This document shows positions 40,626 through 51,863 of a stretch of 64,000 nucleotides of DNA, one piece after another. The notes beneath the pieces are model-generated. The model was not told the origin of the DNA. It saw only the letters and a list, made by a program, of their open reading frames with translations, and did no database searches. The position numbers and the translations under genes are program-made. Numbering within the stretch: position 1 is the first letter of the stretch; each line of letters starts with the position of its first letter. The stretch is from positions 15,785,101-15,849,100 of the forward strand of contig NC_134025.1 of the NCBI RefSeq assembly GCF_964204645.1, in the 5' to 3' direction. Source of the stretch: Tubulanus polymorphus (taxonomy: Eukaryota; Animalia; Nemertea).

Positions 40626-43600
40626 TGACCATAAGGTAATGTTTTTATACCATCATCTAAAATATGCCTTTTATCATCAAATGGATTCAAACTAGTTTTT
40701 TCAACTTCATTAATGTACATCTCGTGATCTTCTGATCTTAAACAATTCATTTTGTGTTTCATTACAATTGATTTATATAAACACTTTATATAATCTTGAA
40801 ATTCTATATGTTTATCAACCACATGTTTTGTTATTCCTTTTAACTTTTTAGCTTCATGATCTTTTGTTCTATAACTATACATTTTACTTCTTATCCCAAC
40901 AAATTCAATCATTTCATCACCCCCTAGTTCATCTTTAAATTTACCAGGAATCTTTTTATTATCATTGCTAAATAGTTCATGATCTTTGGGATAATTGCTA
41001 AAATCAAAATGATGTTTTAATGTTTTTAAGTCTTTTGTTATGTCATTTGTCTTGATTCTTAGTATGTACGCGTCAGTATTGAAGCAAATTAATGAAAATC
41101 CACTGTTAAATGTACCATCTTCAGTTGATAAATCATAAAGATAATCTGATGGGTTATATATTTCAAATAAATCTTTAACTTCTTCAGCTAAATCTTTTTC
41201 TGTGTGGCTTAAATTAAAGCAATTTGGTTTAGATTTAATCAATCCAATATTCATATTAAAGCCTAATGAATTACATAATATATTTAACCCTGATATAGCA
41301 ACTTTTCCTTTTTGAGCTGAAGATATTGTTTTGAAACTTTTTGAACCATCTGCTGCATAGAATCCAATGAAGAACCATTTTCTTAAATTATTTTTTGCAT
41401 TTAATACATAATCTGGTACTATCTTTTCTTTAGTTGAAGTATTACTTTTCACTATTGCATGAATATAGAATTCGTCATTATATTCTATAGCAAAATCTTT
41501 AGGATTATTCACATGTATTCTTTAACATTGCGATGATTTCATAACATCTATGATTTTAAAACTTTGTGCGAATAAACTTCTTCACAGAATTTCTTAATTC
41601 TTTCTAATAATTTTAAGTCTTGATTGCATAAATACCAACAATATTTATTGCCCCAAACATAATTATACACACCTGCTGAACCATCTCCCATGAAAAATCC
41701 TTTGATAAAATATTCTTTTTCTTCTAATGTTTCAGGTTCTATATTATAAATATTATCAATAATTTCATCAAATGACATATAATTCATCCTTTGGAAAAAT
41801 CTTTTATGTAATAATTCATCACCAATTTTTATATCAGTTGGTTTTATTTCATCGCCATTTCGTTTAATTAAACTATGATCTTCTGTAACATCAACGAACC
41901 CTAATTTAGTTCTAACTCTATAGATTTTCTTATTTGTTTTATGTCTAATAATATTCTTTAATTTTTTCCATCCATTTCTTGTCCAAACATCCATTAATCC
42001 ATTTATTTGTATTAATTCTTTTTCACCATATGAAATATAACATTCATTTTGTTTTGGAATTATTTCTGAAATTCTTCTTATCAATATTTTTTCATTACAT
42101 TTTAATAATATTGGGGTGTCAGCTGTTACAGAATCAAAATATAATATTTCCATATGCTTTTCCCCAAAAAGTGGTTGTAAAACATTATAATAAAAATCAT
42201 ACATTAATAATTTTGATACTTCTAAAACAGTTGAACCAATGAATATAGGTTTATTAAATTTCATTGACGTTCTTTTTAATTTAACTGCTGTTAAATAATC
42301 TTCAAATCTTTTATTTCCTAAATGTCTAGGACTTGATTGTAAATGTCTTAATCGTTCAGAATTATTTACTAATTCAATATCATTTCTATTTCTAATATTT
42401 TCACATGTTTTACCATAAAAACTATTATTCATTAATTTGAAGAAATCTTTTTCAAAATCTGTTTTTGATATTGTTCTCTGTTGAGTATTGAAATCTATAT
42501 ATTTTTCTAACCACTTCGATTGATTAAATTCAATATATCTATGTACTTTCTTTAATTTCATTCCTTGTTTTAGATAAAATTTTAACATTCTATAATGAAC
42601 AATATAATCGTATTTATTATTTTGAGTAAGTATTAATTTTTCTGTAAAAACATGATCTTTCGGTTTTATTTTCTTCTGGTATTCACTTAAATAACTATCA
42701 TCTACAGTTAAATGTTCTGGGCAATAAGGTTAGTTTCTTGTTTCAGGATATTCTAAATCAACTACAAAGAAATAACCAATTGGTGCTTCATCTTTTAAAC
42801 TCGCAATTGCGCTTTCCCAATCAGTTTTATCATCATTTTCAACTTCTGTTAATATAAAATTTTTGTATGGTTGAGGTTGCATCATTGCCCAGCCATATAA
42901 ATTATTGGCGTCAATATATAATAATTTATATTCATCATTTGCTTTAAAATACCTATCTCCCATAACACCACTAATTCCACCTCTAATTGATTTTTCAAAT
43001 AATAAAACCATATCTGGTTCTTTTAATAAATCTAATTCTACATTTGTATATTTTAAACCACATTGCCAGGTTAAACCAGGACTTGAGTAGCAATAACAAG
43101 GATCAACATTAAAATGATTCAAATTAACTTCTCTAAATTTTTCAAATATGTCAGCCAATATCATCACATCTGATTTTAAATATAAATCAACTAATTCACC
43201 ATGATTTTTCATCTTAAAATGGTTCCAAATATTTAATGTTCTATTAAACACTTCGTCTTTCACATACTCGTCTTTTAATTGATCATAAAATTGATCTTTT
43301 AATAATTCTGTTACATTAAAATCATTGTGTATTTTATAAAATGAATAAGGAATTGCGCCTCTATATCTCAATAATTTAAAATCTTGGTCATTTGGATAAT
43401 AATACCAAGTTATAACAAAATCATTACCAACTAAACTTTTTGATAAATTATCTAATGAACGTGCTAGAAATCTATAAGAATCTAAAAATCTAATGCAACC
43501 AAATTGAAATGAAATATAATTTTCAGATGTTTTAGCTAATAGTTTAAAATCATATTTTCTTACATTTACACCATTCATAGCATTATATTCTTCTATTTCT

Positions 43601-45652
43601 TGATTAATTGAACCCAATTTCCTTGATAATTGTTTTATAAATAGATGGGTATCATAACCTGATAAATTATGAAATAATATTGGTACGAAATTAACTTTCT
43701 AAGCTTGTAAATTGCAATCTTCATGAGCAGCTCCACGATATTTTGAATTTAAATGATCATGATCTCTAACTTTTTTATCAAATGAATAAAAACGTTTTTC
43801 ACAATAACAACAATGAGTTGCATAATTAAAATCAATTTCATCTTCTTTTGTCATAACAATTCTTTTATTTTTGTTTAATAATTTTGCAAAATCACTTTCT
43901 AATTCAATCATTTTATCACAAAAATCATTAACTACATTTTCACCTCTAAAAGAAATATATTGACTTTCATATAATTCAGGATAATTTGATTTTATATAAA
44001 TTCCATAAGCAGCAGCTCTTTGATGAACTTTTTTAATTGTATTTATAATTGGTGGGTCTTGTATTGTGTCTTCATTTAATTCATTTCCTTTATCCATTGA
44101 TTTTAATAATTGCTTTTTGTTATATATTTCTTTTCTATCTTGATCAGTCAATTCTTTATTCAACGATTCAAAATCCCCATAAATTACAAATGGAACAATA
44201 TTCTTAAATTTATGATTAGTAAATTTCAATTTATAATCTTTTTCTGTTGGCATTATTAATTTACAAAAATCTTTATTATCACATAATTCTTTATGTTTTA
44301 ATAATGTATTCTCAGTCATAAATTTAGATAAACATTTTCTACATAGATAAATTTCATTATGGTGATCACTTTCTGTTCTAAAGAATAAATCAATTTGTTT
44401 GAACCACATATAATGTTCATTTTCATCTTTTTTGTAATATAACAAATCTATAGCATTTTCATCATCATAATATTCTGTTAAATATAAAGCTTCCAATGTA
44501 TAATCTTTAATATTTTCAACTTTTGTCTTTGGTAATTGCATTAATTCAAATACATTTATTTTTAAATTATTAACTTTTTCTATTTTAGGAATCATTTTTA
44601 TAGTTACTGGATATTGATCAATTTTATATAATGTTTCATATTTCCGGTAATTTGTTATTCTACAAACATTTTCCTGTGTTGGATGTAAGCAACTAATAAT
44701 TGACCATAGAAAACATTTATTATCTTCATTTTGAATATTTATTACTGCTTTTGTTGTAAATGGTAATTTAATATAAGATGATGCTTTAATATCCTTTTCT
44801 GTTGTAAAGTTTGAATCATTTTAAAACATTTTATTACTTTTTGAGGTTTTATTTCTTTTTGTATTGTAAACATTTAAATCTGAATATATAATTTCATTCA
44901 ATGTTAAGCCAGAACCCTCAAAATATCTTCCTTCAATATGACGTTTAAATTCATTAAATATTTTTTCTAACTTCTCTTTTATTTGTGTTTTTGAAATTAT
45001 TTCTTCAGAGTGTGTTTGAATATTATAATTCATTTTTTCTTCTGACTTTATAAAACTTACTTTCCCAGAGATACTAATTTTTGGATATTCAACATCTGTT
45101 ATCAAATCTAGTATTTTTTCTATTATTTCATTAAATGTACTATAATCTTCTATTGTTGTACCTTTAAAAAATCTAAATATAATAGCTGCAGGACCAATTT
45201 TACTATGTAATGTTTCTAAAATTTCAATTGTATCTTTTATTTCTAGTGAATCAATAAAATTTCTAACATTTTCCATGTAAGGTTTATTTGAAATGGATTT
45301 AGTTTTTGAAGTTGATTTTTTACTTTTTGAGGTTTATCATTAAAATAATCTTTTCCTAAAACATTATTACTCAAATTTTGATGGTGTTTTTCTGTTTCGA
45401 GATGTATGTTATAATTGCTTTTTGTTATAAATTCATCACAAACTTCACATTTTATTTCATCCACATTCATATTTTCTAATCTTTCTTTTCTTTCATTGGA
45501 ATTTTCTGGAGTTTTAAAATCTATTACATATGATTTGCAGTTTTTTCATGTCGTGATTTTTGGGATTTATCGATGTACTTTTTACAATATTGGCAATAAT
45601 ATTGATTTTTATTAACATTATTGTTTACTGGCTGTTGTTCATTTTCCCCCAT
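40622..45652 (-). pseudogene. polB: Protein-primed family B DNA polymerase (pPolB) with N-terminal Zn fingers, vOTU-like and EndoVII-like domains; intein-containing; several stops and frameshifts
   Basis: TAAATG start at 45652 (YYCQYCKK..RHEKTANH; CEVC..HLETEKHH). OTU-like NIQNEDNKCFLWS (~44700-44740) with EHYMWF; ExoI IYGDFES; CCYCEKRF..VRDHDHLNSKYRGAAHEDCNL; ExoII IFHNLSGYDTH; FLDSYRFL; ExoIII YLKSDVMILAD; motif A YIDANNLYGWAM; motif B FKLMNNSFYGKT; motif C YFD^TDA split by the intein; KKLKGI near the end. Confidence 0.95.
41078..42132 (-). other. Intein with LAGLIDADG homing endonuclease in pPolB motif C (pol-c site); ~352 codons, one frameshift and one stop
   Basis: N-junction ILYFD|SVTADTPILLK (Ser1, codon 42132-42130); block B FVDVTEDHSLI (TxxH); block C YFIKGFFMGDGS (~41677-41713); block E WFFIGFYAADGS (~41343-41378); blocks F/G YLYDLSTEDGTFNSGFSLICFN|TDAYIL (Asn codon 41080-41078, +1 Thr). 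Removal gives YFDTDA, equivalent to the YxDTDS catalytic motif. Confidence 0.93.
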
Positions 45653-45736
45653 TTATTAGGGAAAAAAATTACTTGTGGTGATGAGTGGTGTCTCGACCTT
45701 CGACCTCTGATCTGAAAACCTACTTTTCCCATTACT
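45653..45736 (-). repeat. Probable Polinton terminus / terminal inverted repeat (partner end missing)
   Basis: Minus strand AGTAATGGGAAAAGTAGGTTTTCAGATCAGAGGTCGAAGGTCGAGACACCACTCATCACCAC lies between the pPolB start and the BEL RT junction. Inverted-repeat status cannot be confirmed without the other end. Confidence 0.5.
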
Positions 45737-47012
45737 CAATTTGTATGTTGATAATCTGATTTTGAGCACAAAAAGAGTTTCAGCGCCCAAGATATTTCAT
45801 GAATCTCGAGAAATCCTGTATAATGGATGATCTAACATGCGTTCGTGGTCATCAAATGATTGCACCGTCAACGAGTTATCTGACATTGAAGGCGTATCTA
45901 GTGGTAAGATGATGATATATTAGGCATAAAATGGTCCATTCATTACGATCATTTATCGCATACAGATATCAACTTACGTACAAACTCGGCTAATTCAATT
46001 ACTAAACGGCAAATCGTCAGCGATACATCTAAAATGTATGATCCGCTCGGTATTTTTGCACCAGTTACAGTTACAGCAAAAATATTCATCCAAGAATTGT
46101 GGCAATCAAATATCGGTTGGGATGATCCAATTTTGGATGAGAGGCGAGATATTTGGTGTAAGTTGGCTAACGAAATTAGGGCTGTGGCGAAATTGTTCAT
46201 AAATCGCCAGTATTTCATGATAAAAGAGTTCACTACTACCGATGTCACATTAAACGTATTTGCGGATGCCAGTGAGCGAGCATACGGTGCGGTAGCCTTT
46301 CTGTGCTCCAGTAATCAAACATCTCTGTGTATGGCAAAGTCACCAGTAGCACCGATGAAAAAATTATCGGTGCCTAGATTAGAATTATTGTCAGCTACAA
46401 TAGCAGCTAGACTTGTCAAACATATTCGTAGTTCCTTGGAAAATCGTTTAGGTAATATTCGAACGTATATTTGGTCCGATAATCAAGCAGTTTGGAATTG
46501 GTTTTCTTCTCCAAAGATACAACAAAGCGTGTTCGTTGCGCGACGTCTAAATAAGATTAATGAGAGTACACGTGATTGCGTGTGGCGTTATTGTTGTTCG
46601 AAAGATAATCCGGCGGATTTACTTTCACGCGGGTGTTCGGTATCTCAACTATTGGAGTCCGAATTATGGCGGAAAGGTCCCCCTTGGTTAGTTTCTGGTG
46701 ACGTTCTACCAGAAAGTTTGCGAAAAACTTGCTCGTTCGCAAATATCTGCATCGTTAATCCAGTAGTTGAGAGGCCGAAAATCGATGAGTTCGGAATACA
46801 TAGAATTATTGACTTCAAGAGGTATTCAAGTTTGAACAAATTGTTGGATGTAACTGTTGCTGTACGTCGATTCATAGAAATTATTCTGAAGTTGCCTCCA
46901 TCAAATTATTTTGAATTGCTGAAGTGGAGCAGAATTCAATGAATACTTTTATCTCAGATCACTATGTATCCGATTGAAATCAGTTAATTGGAAGCTGGTA
47001 ATCGCAATAGCT

Positions 47013-47871
47013 TGTGATACACCGGTCACAATCCTCTCCTTAGTCGTATATTAATAAAAGCGAATTATTTGAGAAACTGATTTGCTAAACTAACTTTTAC
47101 CTTCCAACCCTCCTGTCATGACGCGGAATGATTTACTCACTCCTTGCTTATCATCGTTGAGTGAGCAGCCACTCTTTGCGAATTACCAACTGACGTATAC
47201 AACCACAGAAACTTTAGAGAGCTAGTATTAATATTTAACACAAATTAATTTTCCTAAAACTTTAGCGATTATAGAGACTTTGTTCTCAATTAATATCCAG
47301 GATATTCAAATTAAATATATTTTCGAAACTTTAGTATTTGTCTCAAATTACGGTACCACTGATTGTTTCTTTTTGAATTATTATAAATACTTTTGATTCG
47401 GAACTACCTTGTGATCAATTATCTTTCTTAAAATCATTCTGTAACTGTTATACTAAATAAATTTTATTACAATACGGGATAAAACAAAACAACAATGTCT
47501 CCCCATACTTCCGTTTTTCTTTTTATAGAAAGTAGTCGGGAGTATCACGAAGTAACAGCGTGATCCTTTCACCAGCCACATTATTAATGCACCCATTGTT
47601 CCGTCCCAATTAAATACGGTTCCGTCTATTCTTAAGTTTATAAAAAAGATTTCTGAATGTTTGCCAGATATCGCAGCAGAAGAACCGAGAAAGAATTATT
47701 TTTACACCAGGCTGATTTATGGTCAGCGCTGATAGATCAAAGCATCAAACAACAACCTGCTTACTACATCTTACTACGTTTGTTGCCTGACAACCATTGA
47801 TAACCACCAACGCATACAGGAAATCAACATTACAAACATTTTTAGCACCTACGAAATCTTGCTGCGGATCA
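47013..47871. mobile_element. Non-coding insertion in BEL pol, possibly a solo LTR
   Basis: Starts TG, ends CA, flanked by ATAGCT / ATAGTT (imperfect target duplication); the BEL peptide resumes afterwards (SFDLYLDQGIVKSKSRL). Confidence 0.45.
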
Positions 47872-48101
47872 ATAGTTTCGATTTATACCTTGATCAGGGT
47901 ATCGTCAAATCCAAGAGTAGATTGATACATGCACCACTTCAAAATACTGCAAAAAACCTATCTTGCTACATACAAAACATCATTTCACGTTCCTACTTGC
48001 ACAAGATGCACACCAATACAGGGCACTACATATATCATTGACAACTCCAATTGCAATGATAGGTGAAAATCATTGGATCCCTCGTGTGCGGCAGTTAGTA
48101 A

Positions 48102-49355
48102 AACTAGGGGTCCAGTGCTCAACAATCTAACAATTTCAATATTCAACGCCCCCTGGCAACCATATACAAAACCAATGACCTTGCAACTCACCACAATTAT
48201 AGAACATGTCAGCAGCTACGATTTTGTAATTGATTGAGATAACAAAATATGCCTCGTTACCAATTTGATATGGAAATACTAAGTTATTCTACTATTCAAC
48301 GCCCCCTGGAGACCATATTCAAAACCCAATGACCTCAAAACTTACCACAACCATAGAACATGTCATGAACTACAACTTTGCAATTGATCATGGTAACAAA
48401 ATATGCCTAGGTACCAATATAATAAGGAAATACTAAGTTATTCTACTATTCAACGCCCCCTGGTGACCATATAGAAAAACAAAAACTAATGTCCTTAAAA
48501 CTTACAACAATCATAGATGATGTCATGAGCTACAACTTTCCAATCGATTGTGGTTACAAAATATGCATAGGTACGAATATAATAAAGAAATGCTAAGATA
48601 TTGTATTATCCAACGCCCCCTGGTGGACATATACGAAATCTAATTACCTTGAAACACACCACAATCATAGAACATGTTATGAGCTACAACTTTTTTATTG
48701 ATTGTGGTAGCAAAATACGCTTAGGTATCAATATAATGTGGAAAAACTTTTTCCCATTTACGAATGAGTACTGGTGACACCAAGATGGCCGCCAATTGCG
48801 TCATAATTGGCTGATGAAAAATACCTGTCTCAGGTATAAAACATCCCTTTCCAAAGAATACCCATCACAAATTGCAATGAGAAATGGTAAACAAGTAGGA
48901 AGCTACAGGACTCAGAATTCGGGCAAAAATTAACATTTTTGGGCACTAAAAAGGTCATAGGACGGCCATCTTGAGTCCGACCGACCGTTTTCTTGATATG
49001 TTGATGGGCCCTGGGGGGGGGGGGGGGGATTCACATATATCCGAAAGATCAAGGTAATTGATCGAAGCGACTTCAAAATTGCCCTCAAAAAGTTCAAAAA
49101 TGTGTAAAAAGTGCTGATTTTGGCGAACAACAATGGCTGCCAGTCGGCAATCTTGATTCTGACAGAGCCAATTTTTGGCCTTAAGATGTGTCTAGGGTAG
49201 ATACATGTGTAACCCAAATATCAAGACGTTACATTGAAGCGTCTTCAAAATTTCCCAAAATAACTGGATTCCGTCTACGGACGGACGAACGGACGGACGA
49301 CGGACGAAAAGTGAACGCAATAGCCCGCTGGGACTAAAGTCCCAAGTGGGCTAAA
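48102..49355. mobile_element. Helentron-associated non-autonomous element (HINE / pearl-like) with internal tandem repeats
   Basis: Inserted in an A-run without a TSD and splits BEL LVK|KLIHQC. Starts AACTAG; four ~155-bp repeats (CAACGCCCCCTGG at ~48144, 48297, 48451, 48611); (GGAC)n microsatellite at ~49277-49306; terminal hairpin AGCCCGCTGGGAC-TAAA-GTCCCAAGTGGGCT. Confidence 0.8.
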
Positions 49356-49508
49356 AAACTAATTCACCAATGTGTGTCTTGTAAACGAAGCAGTGGGCAC
49401 TCTTATCAATGATACTGTCAAGTTAGATCAATGCTACGTTCATTCATTTAGAATTGGTGACGGATATGTCCGTACCGACCTTTCTTTTGGCACATCGAAG
49501 GTTTATAA

Positions 49509-51863
49509 CGGTTCCTGAACTTCGCTGAAAAAGCTGAAACACTGAAAAGCTGAAATAAAAACGCTGAAATTTCAGGGAATTTCCGAAAAACGCCGAAATT
49601 TCAGGGAATTCCCGAAAAACGCTGAAATCGTGCTAGGTACCGACAATACACGTTTTGAAATGTTTTCCGGGCCGGTGTCCGCTGACGAGTCCTGAACCGT
49701 GTTTTATGCTCTACCTTCGGTTACAGAGACATGCCTTAAGGTCGTCGTCATGATCGACTTGATCGATTGCGGATTGCGTGGATTGTTAGATGTGTTTTTT
49801 GCCATAGTTTTATGTGCATATACCGGTACGATCTAACGATGAAGTTATCACTTCATTTGAATAAATTCTTAATCACAGTAATATTAATTCACAATATTTT
49901 TTCTTATGTTTGGTGATTTCTTGCAACTTATCATTGCCAAGTCTCATACAAGTAGTAGCTGAATGAAAGTACAGTTAGGCTGAACCTGATAACCCAAATT
50001 AAGTGCTAGCATGGAACTAATGATTATTTTGATTCTATTTTCGGTGTCATTGAAATTCGTTAATAAAGGTTCAACCGTCATAGTATACTGTACTTAGCAT
50101 TGCTACAATTGGGTGCCATATTTCTACAATTTCTACAAGGAGGAAGGAATCTTTAAGTGTCTTTGTTCCCGGGTAGGGTACGGGGTAAAACCTGGTTTAC
50201 TTTCTCTTTCGACTTGCCGGAGACTACTATCTGCAATGTATTGCATGCTTTGATGTGTCTGGCCTATAGGAGTCGAACGATATTTTTTTCCCATACACAG
50301 GCATGGCTTTAGTGTAGATGAAGGCTAGGCACTGCACATTGTGGATTGACTGGAACTCTTAACTCACAAAATAAAACGAGTCAACAAGAAAGATCCAATA
50401 ATTGGACATTTGTCTAACTATATTATTTAACAGCTTGAAATAACACATTCTGCAAGAGTATACAAAGGAAATCAGTTCTTACATTATATCAGAATCAATA
50501 GTTCGCTTAACTCTGGCTAGAATTCTGGTTCTATTGCTTCATATTCTAATGAAATCCACTAGTATACCTTAGAATATCGCTTAGCTTAAGACTAAAAATT
50601 TGGTACCAGGAAACAGGGAAGAAAAGTGGGTGTACTGTACATACGCAATTGACTTATTTCTCTCTGGTTGAATCAAGTTATTATTGAAATAGCATTCGAA
50701 TAGCCATTTTATTTTTAAAAATTGTGTCGTTCAGCTATCCTGCTGCAAATTTCGCAGTTGAAGTTTACTGGTGCCATCTGATTTCTCAGTATCTCAAAAA
50801 ATTTGCACATTCTAAGCCTGAATCTAAAAATAGAAAAAGGTGCATTTTAGTCGGATATAAAAGAATAGTGGCTAATACACCCTGGACTATATAGCCTATG
50901 GGGTGGGCCTAGTTTGAAAGCACTGAAGTCCGAGAGAACAGCACTTAGTAAATAAATACTGAAATTAAACTTACAAAACACCCAGTACTTGAGATGATGT
51001 ACTTGACAAGAAGTGTCACCAGCTAAGCAAATCAACTTTGTCTATGACTCCTCCTTTTATAGATTCAGTAGTAGTCTAAAAATAAGAATCGGTACATTTT
51101 TCTAACAGTTGGTATGTCATTTCTTCAAAAAAAACTAATTATTATCACGCCACAGCAAATAAATTATTCACAGTTGTTGAATGGTTAGCCCGATTTAGAT
51201 TAATTGGTTGACGCTAATCAGTATGACCCATACGTAGGGGCCTACTGCATGCCATTGGCGTCAATCCATTCCATTCCATTCCACAGTGAATTAAACAGAA
51301 ATTTAGTTAGATCCCTTTTGTCCAAAAGCTGCATCATTAATATAACTAGCTGTCAAATTTAATTTACCTCCTTCAGAGAATACCATAGTGACATAGTCCG
51401 TCGCCCATCAACGTGTTGACAAAAGAAAAGTTGCTCCATGTTTTATACATGAACGTTCAAATAAGATATTTTGCGTCTTGCAGGGAATATTGAGCATAGT
51501 GTTTAAGTTGGCTTGCACGGTTTGTGAATGGGTTTTCCTCATTATGCTGCCTGTATGCATTAAAAATCCGGATTTCAAGCGAATTAATTTGTCCAACAAG
51601 TGGCCCTCTAGAAGTATACTCCACACATACTGTCCATGCGTGTCTCTGTAACCGAAGGTAGAGACTAAAACACGGTTCAGGACTCGGCAGCGGACACAGG
51701 CCCGGAAAATATTTCAAAACGTGTATTGTTGGTACCTAGCACGATTTCAGCGTTTTTCGGGAATTCCCTGAAATTTCGGCGTTTTTCGGAAATTCCCTGA
51801 AATTTCAGCGTTTTTATTTCTGCGTTTCAGTGATTCAGCTTTTTCAGCGAAGTTCAGGAACCG
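49509..51863. mobile_element. Non-autonomous DNA transposon with ~220-bp TIRs and 9-bp TSD (Mutator/MULE-like)
   Basis: GGTTTATAA duplicated at 49500-49508 and 51864-51872; TIR CGGTTCCTGAACTTCGCTGAAAAAGCTGAA... (49509-~49730) mirrored at ~51640-51863; no transposase ORF inside. Confidence 0.88.

Larger units (their letters stand above)
33706..45672. promoter_or_regulatory. Recurrent motif AATTTTTTT-N(1-3)-TAWATAAATG overlapping the start codon of Polinton genes (poxvirus late-promoter-like)
   Basis: Seen at ATGs 33708, 35165, 36387, 36862, 37303, 37549, 37891 and 45652 (minus), 38731 (plus), as the variant TAAATAATG at 38662, and at 61433 in the second copy. The span given covers the dispersed sites. 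Confidence 0.7.
32784..45736 (-). mobile_element. Polinton/Maverick (adintovirus-like) endogenous virus, left-truncated and decayed
   Basis: Sharp switch to AT-rich, gene-dense sequence with pPolB, a double-jelly-roll-type capsid gene and a penton-like gene. The right end reads AGTAATGGGAAAAGTAGG on the minus strand (Polinton termini typically start AGT) and directly abuts BEL RT sequence. No integrase, ATPase or adenain-type protease seen; presumably lost with the left part. Confidence 0.92.

Noticed and set aside
40622-45652. Programmed frameshifting, alternative genetic code or a split intein explaining the broken polB
   Set aside because: TAA, TAG and TGA stops and indels are scattered over most genes of the element, and the break falls inside the endonuclease with no new TAAATG start; ordinary decay is simpler.
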